Notes under the pieces: model-generated
Databases searched by the model: none
What the model saw: only the letters and a program-made list of their open reading frames with translations
Told to the model about the DNA's origin: nothing
Shown: positions 1 through 10,831 of the stretch, piece by piece
Position numbering within the stretch: position 1 is the stretch's first letter
Layout: each line of letters starts with the position of its first letter
Source: Diadema antillarum
Lineage: Eukaryota
Reading direction: 5' to 3'
DNA length: 64,000 nt
NCBI RefSeq assembly: GCF_040938485.1
Contig: NW_027271547.1
Coordinates: 62,001 to 126,000 of the forward strand
Made by a program: the position numbers and the translations under genes

Positions 1-381
1 GCCTATCTCCATTCGTCAGTTTTGCCATGTTTCCTTGACATCAATTCACTCATGACTCCTAATGTCACTTAAAGCATTGATTGTGAGTATTGCATGTAAG
101 TTTATTTCTCCTTTGTGTTACGTAAACATTTCACATTTTGCAGAGTTCATGATAAGAAAAATGCTCTGCGTTTGCATAGAATACAGCCGTGTTCCATTAT
201 TTAACATTGCTTTATATTTCGAATAATAGATAGCGTATAAAAGAATTAAAAAAAGAGACCAATTAGAAAGATTCAATTATCACTTCAATTGATTTGGAGG
301 GAATTTTGGATCTATGAAAAAAGGTGTCTTCATTTAGGAAGACATTCAACCGAAAAATCATATTTTGGTGTTTCGTCTCAT

Positions 382-3300
382 TTATGGCATCTTCACATGG
401 AGGCTGTGCCTCGTGACGACATCAAGAAGATAGTCATAACACTCGGGAACGCCTGGCTTGTAATCGAAGTTGCAGATGCAGTTGGTTTCCTTGTTACAGC
501 AGGGTACGATGGACTTGGTCTTATCCTGGATGTCCAAGATAGAAGTACCCTTGACCAGGACAGCCTCGTGAGCTTCGATAGCAGCTTTGACCTGTTCAAG
601 CACGTCTTCGTAACCGCATGTGCCGAGTGGGTAGGCTTCGTCGGGGTCTTTCTCGATGTCGAACAGAAGGGGTGGATCGTGCAAGGTTACGCAGTCACCT
701 TCGCACTCGTTGCAGAGGAAGTAATCGTCAATGGGGAAGCCGCCATCGCATCTCTTCCCATACTCTGGCTGTGGCAGGACAGCCTGGGTGCGGAAGTGGG
801 CCTTGTATTTTCCAACGCGAACGGCCATCAGGTTGTCCTTGCAATAGTAGAAGAAGTTGTCGTGGGGGGATGTGGCGCCGTTCAGGATGACGTCCTTGAT
901 GTTCTTGCCATCGTAGACACGGTCAGTAGGGAGAGAGGAGCCTGCCAAGTCGGCTGCCGTGACGATGATGTCCATGGAGGTGACCAGCTCGTGGGAGACA
1001 CCAGGTGTGACCATACCGGGCCAGTAGACGATGTAAGGAATACGATGACCACCCTCCCACGAGAGCGACTTCCCACCTGTGATGAATAATGAATATAATG
1101 TGCTTGAAAATAAACAAATATGCAAATACAGATCAATGCAAATAGATAAAACTCGCATCTGTATAAGGTAATCGTCGTCCGTTTTTAACTTACTATCAGA
1201 GCGTGAAATGTTTTTATATCTTTGGGAGGCTAATAACTTTATTACTATCATTTTATTATTTTAGATATAAGGCAGAAACAAACTCATATAGCCCAATTCG
1301 CATGACCAAATCTTGAAGTTCCTTGTTTGCTCTTATTACCAACAGTACTATAGCATTAATGTGGTGATTTCAACAAAGTGTAATTTCAATATTGCTATAG
1401 AATATTCATCGGATAAGATAACTAGTTTCTTCTTTGAATAATGGACATAAATGCAATGCTTGCGAAGACAGGAAGAGAAGATGGTACTCAGGAACCGAAC
1501 AGGCTTCTTTAACCTCATTTCAATTTACTTTTAGACTGCTTTGCACATACCTTAGAAAATGCTGGCGCTGCCGCCCTCCTCGCAGTACTCACGATGAGGA
1601 CCGTGATCGGAGATGAAGAAGACAATGGTGTTGTCTTCGATTTTGTTGTCAATCAGGGTCTGCACGATGGTCTCGACACCATTGTGCATCTCGTTCAGGT
1701 TATCTCCATAGCGACCTTAGAGGAAGGATCAAGAAACCATAAATTGAAAAATGTTATTGCATGGTGTGATTTGAGACTTTAAGTCCATTACTTTTTCTCT
1801 CTTTCTTTTGACATTTTAGAATTCAAATAGAGTGGTAAAGGGCATTAAAATATCCTATATTAATATAAGCACTTTGGGTTATATCTTTGGCTCAGTATTT
1901 GTGCACCCGAGGACGGTCTGCCTACGGAATTCGTGCATCCCGTGTGAGTTTGTATAGTCCAATGCAAATTCCGATGTACAATCGTGTTGTTGTTGTTTAT
2001 TATGCAATTTTGATTGTAAGATTGTTTCAGGCAGCACGTGATATGGGCGAATAGCTGCCTGAGAAATAGGAATACCCATGATATTCTTTTGTTTTGTTGT
2101 CAATGCAATCTGATATCCTTCGGACTAGTCATTAATAGTCACGAGTACCGCCTTTGAGGCTTACCGCGGCGAGATGAACAGGTGAAATTATCCGATGAGA
2201 AGAGACTGGTGTGCATGTGAGCGAAGGCCATGTAGAGGAAAAACGGGTTGTGGACGTTGTCCTCGATAAAGCCGACAGCATCCTGGGTGAATAGCTGGGT
2301 GAGTCCACGGTGCTCGAACGGCTGGGCTACTATGGTTGCGTTGTAGTAGAGGTAACAGACGTCGGTACGGGGGAAGTCCATATGGAGCTAAATCGGAAGG
2401 TAGATAGTATCTGGTCAGCCTCGTTCAGTGTCTGTTCAAACTGCACGGTAACTCAGTGTAAATGCTACTGGTTTCTTTCAATGAAATTGTGAACAAAAAT
2501 CATTTTTATTTTGAATCTTATTAGTCTTCAGTTGGCAAACTTTTTGAGATTTCTTCCTGCTTTTGTACATATTATAATGATATAACAATTTCTGGCAAAT
2601 CTTTCATCGATAGTGGAATTGTGTATTAGTATAAATGGAGTATAAGTAGAATTATGATAATAGTCCTTAAACACAAGCATATCAGCGACATGTACATCAG
2701 AAAAGGCCTAATTACCCCAGTGTCGTCACATGCCCAGCTGTTGCCGAAGGGAAGATTGTGGCCGACGAAATCGAAGCCATGGTGGTATGGGAGATGAGCT
2801 CCGTCTGTTGAACTGTTTTCGTTGATACCTGGCAAGATGTAAGAAAGAGACGGACAGGGTGAGAGATTGGTTTGTTTCACAATCACATGCTGTTCATGAA
2901 GTGTTCTTGCAAGTTCAGCGAAATTCGTTGTTTCATTCACTTTATTTTCTGTTGGATTCCTTTGACTAGTTTTTTGTCTTTGCACGTATTTTTGCGAAGC
3001 AATTCAGCTCAATTTTGTCTAAGTCAAGTCGGAAATAATGTTTAGCTTCGTTAAAAACGATGCTATGCTTTGGTCTGATGATCGGATGAATGGTAATTGA
3101 TACAGAAGGAGCTGCCAATTTGTCAAGACACGTAATCGTTTTATATAACATAGATGAAGACAGATCTGTAATGTGATTGCATCCGATCGATCACTGAGGT
3201 CAGAAGTAAAAAAAGAGCTAGGTTTTCTGCGAAACTTTGATATGGACACAATTTTCGTATACCCACAACCCGTTTGTCGACCCATCAGAATCACACATCA

Positions 3301-6300
3301 AAATAACAGTACTAGTATTAGCTTTTGATTTTCCAAATTAGCTATTACATTAACAAATTTACATGAGGCAAACAGTTTTCAAAACTCGGTGACTGGATTT
3401 GACCACATCATGCCGCTACAGTGAACTCACCGAGATGCCATTTGCCGATCATGCCGGTGGTGTAGCCGCTTGGCTTGACGGCCTCGGCGATGGTGACTTC
3501 ACTCTTTGGCAAGCCAGTCTTGGTCCATGGCAGGAAGACACGGGTGTGACCGTACACACCAGTCCTGATCGGGAGACGGCCTGTTGTAAGAAGAGGGGGA
3601 CAAGGTGGGGGGGGGGGGGGGGGGGGGGGGACACAGAGTTTTCATCAGTCTAGATATGGTTAATGAACCTCACCATCTTATCGTGCTGAATGCAATATTC
3701 TTTGACATTGACGTCAGCTGCTTCAACGAACACTCTTTACGGCATCGGTTTAGGTTTTTCCCTGGTTTTGTTCAACCGATGTACGAGTATCTTCAAGTAT
3801 CTTCGAGTATTCGCTCACTGATCTGGCATAAACAGTACCATTACCAATAACTGAGCTAAGCCAGGAAGCTATTCTTATTTTCTAGAAATAAAGACTTTTT
3901 TGGGTAAAATATTTTGTTTGATGAAAACGCTTACATCGGGTAAAATTCAAACACAGTATTTCGTAATTCAGGGCTAAATGCATTTTCTACTGTTTTAAAT
4001 CCACCAAAATTGAAACAAATAAAACATTTGCATTCTCTTCCTATGTGATATAGAGGACGAAAGGCAAAGATAAGAAAAAACCTGAGATAAACTTTAGGAA
4101 GGAAAGACGTCAGCAGTCCAAATTGTTTGACAAAATCATATCTTGAATGAGAAATGGGTAAGTCTCCAGGAATCACATATTTAGCATATGACTGTGAAAA
4201 ATACTCAAAGAAGAAGAATCAGAGGGGCTAAAACCACAGCACAAACCAGCAAGCCAATGGTTTGTTGTTTATCAGTGTAATAGACAGGACACAAGACACA
4301 TGAGATACTACGGAAACTTAAAAATGTAGGTCTACTTGAAAACTTTCGATTTTGCTTACACCGAACTGCGCTACTTGAACAATACAGGAAGGAAATTGCA
4401 CACACACACACACACGCACACACACAACTAAACACATCGCGAATTGATATTTTTCCGTACCAAAAATAAAAGAACAAAACAAATGTAAATTTACTCGGGT
4501 GATTTCAACAGGACGGCGATTTTCGACAAAAAAAAAGACAAGACAAAAAGAATGCCATTTCACGAGTGAGGATTTTCAATTACTCGCTAAAAACGTTGGA
4601 CTTTTTCAAGGACATCTACTGTCTGTAACGAAGATTTGCAAATATTTTTTACCTCTACAAATGTCCAGAGAGATTTCATGCTGGCGATCGCCAAACATGT
4701 CAACAATATCATGAAAAGAACTCCACGTTTTCTTTAAATGCCAAAGAAATCTATTGTCTGGTGATAATATACGTCATGGATTTGTAACGTCTCCTCTTTC
4801 TTTGTTTAGAGTTTCGAAGAGTAAGGGTTTATTTTATATGAATTTGCCAATAGATTTTAAAGACTTTATCACGCTGTCAGTTTCATCTCTACATCGGATA
4901 AACATTAATGGAAATGAGATGAGGGCGGTTGAGTGCGAAAAAATGACACAAATTATAACTAAAAACACTTCTGTCTGCAGGATAAAGAGAGACATGCATG
5001 CTATTATTGTGATAATATACCGAGAACAATGCCAAAGACTTAAGTAAGAGTCCATTAAAAATGAAGGAAGAAAGAAAGCTATAGAAATAGCTATAGAAGA
5101 AAAATTCCATGTGCTTCCAGAATATCATCAGTGTGACTATAGGGAGAGAAAATTGATAAACCTCAGAGGAAGACAATTCCTCTTTGAGGGATCGAGAGAA
5201 AGGGAGGAGAAAGCATAGGAACACAATTTTTGATTCTGCGGTTAGAGGGAAAAGTCCATTGCCTTACTGTTTTCCCAAAAGTCATTGTAAAAAATAACTG
5301 AAAATCTTGTGAAATGTTATCCGAAAATGGCTATTTCTTCACTTAATTGTGAACAGCATGCGGTAAGATGTGGTACAATCGTGATATCAAAAACAGAAAC
5401 TTCAGTTTAAATGCACTTAAAATAGTGTATTCATGAATAAATGTCTGCATACGCCACATCAAACTTCATGGGGATGTAAGATTTCTTATTCCATTCTTTC
5501 CCTGATTGAGTTCTACTGAAGAAACAGTGGTCCTACTTTTTAGGCTTCAATTAAAATATTGTATACTCTCGGCAAAATATTGTGGTAAGTTTACTCAATG
5601 AAGATATCTTGGACATTTATTTTTGTTTTTCTTGATTATTAAGTCTTGACAGGCAGAATATCAAACACGATTCTGCTTACAAAGATATTAATAACGATAA
5701 AAATGAAAATCATAATATTCGGATGACGATATTTTTTTGACATATTTTATTATATTCAAATGAAAAATTGTAAATCATGTCACCGTCAATCTGTTTATTG
5801 GCACATTTTGAGGATAAAAAGATTTTTTGTAGAAAAGTTATATTATAATACAGACCAGAATTTCTACCACGATTCGAAATCTAATGAAGAAGGGCTGAGT
5901 GCTGTTACAATTACGAATACATCGCAAATATATTTAATCCAGTCTTCCTTAGCAACAAATCTAAATCAGTATCTTCTGCTTACCTGTCATGATAGCCGAC
6001 CTACTGGGCGTGCAGACGGAATCGCCAACGTATCCGTTGGTGAACCTCAGACCCGCTCCGGCCAGCACGTCGATGAAGCCGGGCTCCTGTGTGGGATGAC
6101 CATACGACGTCAGGTCTCCGACGCCCATGTCGTCGGCAATCAGGAGGACGATGTTGGGCTTGTCCATGGGGTCCCGATTTGCACCCGACGTCGAAGACCC
6201 CGTGAGAATTTCCAGCCAGTCTGGATACTGACCACCGACTTCATCATGAATAGCATCGAGAACGCTCTGCGGAAGGCCGCCAAAGCGCTGGGCATTGACA

Positions 6301-6344
6301 AGCCCAACGAGCAGCGTCAAACCAAAGCAGACGAAAGACTTCAT
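382..6344 (-). pseudogene. Ars: Arylsulfatase copy A, six exons, premature TAA in exon 5 (Q337* relative to copy B)
   Basis: Exons (minus): 6344-5984, 3580-3431, 2828-2716, 2387-2165, 1715-1551, 1076-382 (361+150+113+223+165+695=1707 nt), all with GT-AG introns. Signal peptide [18 protein letters not shown]; motifs [18 protein letters not shown] (formylglycine site), GKWHLG, SDHG. Codon at 1554-1552 reads TAA where B, C and D have CAA. The exon 5 acceptor is AAG where the other copies have CAG. Confidence 0.9.
3607..3630. repeat. G24 homopolymer at the 3' end of intron 1, copy A
   Basis: Read directly; poly(C) on the transcribed strand. Confidence 0.9.
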
Positions 6345-6404
6345 CCTGAGTTCCTTTCACCAGGAGCAAGACGAAAGATGCTTTACCCAAATAATTTCTG
6401 CAGA

Positions 6405-6411
6405 TTATATA
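6405..6411 (-). promoter_or_regulatory. TATA box of copy A (TATATAA)
   Basis: About 60 nt upstream of the ATG; conserved in position and context (CAGATTATATAGG on +) in copies A-E. Confidence 0.65.
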
Positions 6412-8625
6412 GGTTCCTTTCAATGACGTTTTCCGTATAGTCCAATACTTGTGCTGTTGTTATTTAAATGTTATTCCAGACACTCAAGGATAATCAAGGG
6501 TTATTAGAGTTGTTTTTTTCTCCAAAATATAATAATGCAACCTCTTCAATATTATTGGAAGCTAGCACTGAGGCGTAACAAACAAATGAACTGTGTGAAA
6601 TGCCCCCCTTTGTTTGGTTGAAAACAGATCGCCGCCATTAAATCCGTAAAGAGATGATGCCGAGCCTCTACAAAGGCACGAAACGTTTTATACTGAATGT
6701 GTTACCCTTTTTTTCGGATCTCTCCGATCCTTTTGGGTGCATCAGCTGAAACATCGAGTGCATCGAGGGTTTTTGTGTATCTTATACTTTGGTTAAATCA
6801 GGAGGGGGTATTATGAGATCTTTTCGCTCTAGGGGTTTGAAGAGCTAAATTGGAGAAAGTGAGAATAAAAAAGGCGCGAAGTATTTGCCTGCTTCATGGA
6901 GGCAAGCAATTGTAAGCGGCCTTGGGTATACTGCGAAAGAACTTTTCTTCTCCTCGCATACAGCTAGGCCTCGAGGCAGTGCTATTAAAAGGCAAATTGT
7001 CTCTTTTTTTTTCTTGCAAACAGTTACTCAGATGTATGATAATGGAACAAGATGACACGCTCACCAAAGGTGAGCCAACAGAGTTTGAACTACAACGAGA
7101 TTGACCACTGTCTACTGACAATCCCCTGAAATCGTGCTCAGAAACCTTTCAATCATTTTCAGCAGATCAAAGCCCCAGTGGTTAAGTAATGAAAATAGAA
7201 ACTGATATTGACCTTAAGAAACAAACAGTCCAAGGACCACAGAGAGGACAAATATATAGGTAAATATATGTATATATATATATAGGTAATCATGTAGACA
7301 TGCACACCTAACTGTTACCGTTCGCTTCGCCGTTTGTCTATCAAATTTTGTGCAGCTCTTGGAGATGCTAAATTGAACCATATCAGAGAGTTTTCATAGA
7401 ATTAGAAAGCCGAAAAGGGAAGAAAAATGAGAAATCGGAGTTGAAAAGTACGTCGGTCGCGATCATAGTTCCGACGTAGTAAGTAGTGCATCGATTTCAC
7501 AGAGAACGATGTCAACGATTATAATCGATTCTGGTAGTCTCTAATTAGCCGCTTACTAACAATATTAACACGACTTGTGCAATACGTGTGGGCCCTAGAT
7601 CTACTTTCATTTTCGTATTTTTTCTCATTCTTTTCATCGCCACTATCATGATTATCACTATTTAAATTATTGATACAGATTATTCATACCAGGATTTAGA
7701 CGTCCTTTCTTTAGAAATTGTGGCAAGTATTGATTTTATCATGACAAAAGTTGATGATTTAATTTGAATAGTGTTGAAGGGAAAAGAATGAGGTTGAAGG
7801 AAAAGTGGAAGAAAAGAGTAAGGCTATTACTAAACAGTATTAGAAGGAGGGAGAGAGAGAAAGAGAGAGAAAAGAAGATGAGGAGGAAGTTGAATTCGAA
7901 GGGGATTTGTTGTTTGTTTCTGGTGATGGTAAATGGTATTAAATTTATGTTTTCAATTGATAAGTTCAATTTATAGTATAAATTATTGTTTTTATGATAG
8001 TATAACGCTATTCATTTTTCCATTTCATTTTATTAATTATGTATACAAGAACTGCAACCCCAATATTTGCTTTTTCGTAGTAAGGTTCATTTTATTATCT
8101 TTTATTGCTTTGTACACATTACTATCCTCCCATCATTCAGTCAGCAAAATATGTTGACAGATACAATGTTTATATACAGTCAAACGCAGCACGCAGGAGA
8201 AATTTAACTAAAACAACAACAAAAAAAAAAAAACCAGACGCATCGAGATCACTTCAACTTTTTACTGTTAAGCCGACGTAATTGTGGTTAAACACCAAAC
8301 AAGCGGCTGTATCACAGACTACAACGATCGATCATCATCATTATATCGCTTTTCCACATAATCGATCATCAATCATGCTACCCTGATACAGCCGTCGATC
8401 GGCGTACTTTTGAGTCAAAATTAGCTACTTTTCTTCTGTAATTGGCCATGAAATTTCATGAAACCATCAGATATGGTTCATCTTGACATTTCTGATGGTT
8501 TTTATTGATAAATTAAGGAAGGAAATGGTAGGTGTGCATGGTGTGCATTTCTACATGATTACCTATATATATATATATTTGCAAGAATTAGAGTTTTATG
8601 TTGGCCTATCTATCTATCTATCTAA

Positions 8626-8748
8626 CTTAGTGGATACTTAGTGGATACACACTACCAAGCCTTTAGCTTAGTGGATACTTAGTGGATACACACTACCAAG
8701 CCTTTAGCTTAGTGGATACTTAGTGGATACACACTACCAAGCCTTTAG
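8626..8748. repeat. Perfect 3 x 41-bp tandem repeat with an internal 11-bp duplication
   Basis: Unit CTTAGTGGATA CTTAGTGGATA CACACTACCAAGCCTTTAG starting at 8626, 8667 and 8708. Confidence 0.95.
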
Positions 8749-8749
8749 C

Positions 8750-9252
8750 AACCTTTTTATGCTCCCAGTCTTTTGTCCTTGTTCGCAGCACCAAGTTATT
8801 CAAGTGATTTCATGGTACCGATACATCTTTTAATAATATAGCATTTTTGTTACTCAAACACTGCGAGATTTGTATGCAGTCTGGTTTGTGCGATATCTAT
8901 GTGGTTCATTAGTTTAGTACTCATCGATTTTTTGTACTGGTGTAATTTTAGTTGGTCAAGACAAACATATCCGTTCTCCGTGTAAATTATATGCCTATGA
9001 ACTCGGGAACCTACAGTTGTACAAGCTTTAAAGCTTTTATGTAGGCCCCATCATATTTCTTATAGTTACTAGTGACATTGTCATACGATGTGACCATGTA
9101 CATTTGTGTCAAGTATATTTTCTTTTTCTTTTTCTTCTACAATCAAAAGACATGTTTGTATATATTTTGTACTCTTGTTGTCAATAATTCTGTAATGTCA
9201 TCATTGAGAAAATGGAATTATGAAATAAATTTGAACTGAACTGAACTGAACT
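8750..9252 (+). mobile_element. Probable LINE 3' UTR ending in AATAAA-(GAACT)n
   Basis: T-rich UTR-like tract, AATAAA at 9223-9228, then GAACT x4; no ORF. Confidence 0.4.
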
Positions 9253-9277
9253 ATAGTTCAGTTCAGAGAGATATATC

Positions 9278-9278
9278 T

Positions 9279-9340
<62 letters not shown>
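9278..9340. repeat. Compound (TC)n(TA)n microsatellite
   Basis: Read directly. Other (TA)n tracts at ~17857-17920, 19940-19982, 22033-22070, 22323-22375, 26629-26672, 31631-31668, 32494-32518 and 36361-36390; (TC)n at 33238-33268. Confidence 0.9.
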
Positions 9341-9493
9341 GTCTTACATCCCCGTGATTTTTACTTTTCAGAAATATGATTTAAATAGTGATATAAAAAC
9401 GATCTTGGTACACCAGAGTTCTTCTAACCGGAATAATTTGAAATATTTTCGATTTTTTTTCTTTTTTACTTGATACATATTTTTTTTTTTTTC

Positions 9494-9752
9494 GGGTGCT
9501 GTTCGTTATTCCGAAGGTTCGTTATTCCGAAGGTTCGTTATTCCGAAACATACAAATTCCCTATACCTTGAGGTTCGTTAATCCGAAAATGAAAAACCAG
9601 AACATTTGTAGCGTTATTTCGAAGGTTCGTTAATCCGAAATTATACAGGGTTCGTAACGAACATTATTACATTTTCGGATTAATGAACCTTCGGAATAAC
9701 ATACCTTGTCACATTTTCGGATTAACGAACCTTCGGAATAACGAGCTGTAAC
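9494..9752. mobile_element. MITE with multiple GTTCGTTAWTCCGAA subterminal repeats
   Basis: Left GGGTGCTGTTCGTTATTCCGAAGGTTCG and right CGAACCTTCGGAATAACGAGCTGTAAC are imperfect inverted ends. Internal direct repeats switch orientation at the middle; poly-T on both sides. Confidence 0.75.
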
Positions 9753-9899
9753 TTTTTTTTTCTATACATGACATGTCAGTGTTTGATTTCATTCCCACTT
9801 TGAATTATTAGTGCATCAGACATGTATTCTTTGAGGGTTGCATGTATTCATGTATTCTAAAGTTGATATACACATTTTTCTATCAAAAAGAAACCAGAG

Positions 9900-10065
9900 G
9901 GTAGACAGGAAAGTATATGTTGTGGGATATGAGTTTTCTTCAATTTGTCTCCCCCTCTTCAAATAAAATTCTACATATCTCAACTGCTGAGCTACATTAT
10001 TGACAAACATGTCGGGACAAGGAACCAGCGGGAATTGAACCTGTCATCTGGTGCTTTCCCGGTTT
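9900..10065 (-). mobile_element. Diverged copy of the same SINE family
   Basis: Reverse complement GGTTCAATTCCCGCTGGTTCC...CCGACATGTTTG matches the 34148-34190 region. Confidence 0.55.
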
Positions 10066-10553
10066 TGAAGTAAAGATTTTCGCGATGACAGTTTTAAAGA
10101 GCATGATAAACTATGAAAGAAGAAGTCATTTACTCTCTGGTGATTTTCTGCCATAAATGAATGACTGAGTCTACGCTCAGGACAGGATCAACAGTTGACT
10201 GACATGGATATTTTCTCCACAGGAAGAATTCTTTAATGCTTTTTCGATTTTCAATTCCTGGTCGTGGAAAACTGTATTAAAGGATTACCCTGACATACAG
10301 AAACGCACACCCTCTCAGACTTCCCTCATATTGACTGCATGACACAACCACTCATGTCACAGACAAACGTAATTATCTCAAAACGTTCGTGGCCGCACAG
10401 AGAGAAATCGCACGATCATGTCCTTCTCTCTCCAGTTTCTCTTTCTCCCCTCCTATCAGCATCTCCATTCGTTAGTTTTGCCATGTTACTTGACATATTC
10501 ACTCATGACTCTTCATGTCACGTAAATCATTGATTATGAGTATTGCATGTAAG

Positions 10554-10559
10554 TTTATT
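10554..10559 (-). terminator. Putative AATAAA polyadenylation signal of copy B (counterparts: A 101-106, D 34437-34442)
   Basis: AATAAA on the minus strand 270-305 nt after the stop codon, in homologous context in three paralogs. Confidence 0.45.
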
Positions 10560-10831
10560 TCTCCTTTGTGTTTCGTAAACATTTCACATTTTCCAGAGTT
10601 AATGATAAAAAAAAAATGCTCTTCGTTTTCAACGAATACAGCCCTACACCGTTTTCGTCTTTCTTCTTGCTTTTTATTACAAATGATACAGAGCATAGAA
10701 AAGAATGAAAAGATAGACCAATTGCAAAAGATAGACCAATTGCAACTGAAATTTCATTTCAATTGATTTAGAAGGATTTGGGTCATTCAGGAAGACATTC
10801 AACCGACACATTATTTGTTATTTCGTCTCAT

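Noticed and set aside
289-1089. Long plus-strand ORFs (289-1089, 10778-11518, 16454-17146, 5760-6440 and similar)
   Set aside because: Antisense shadows of the arylsulfatase exons; the frame is broken differently in each paralog and there are no recognisable domains.
382-1251. 289-aa ORF read as a stand-alone single-exon gene
   Set aside because: The N-terminal ~58 aa are intron read-through; the true exon starts at the acceptor at 1076.
7780-7900. Polypurine tract as an equivalent of the classical Ars upstream triplex/insulator region
   Set aside because: Not conserved upstream of B, C or D, and low-complexity tracts like this are common here (also 61070-61160, 63150-63310).
8626-8748. CRISPR-like array (also considered for 9494-9752)
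   Set aside because: No unique spacers, no cas genes, eukaryotic context.
9900-10065. SINE insertion shared by B and D predating the duplication
   Set aside because: Its position relative to the homologous block (10300-10420 vs 33660-33790) differs, so these are independent insertions.
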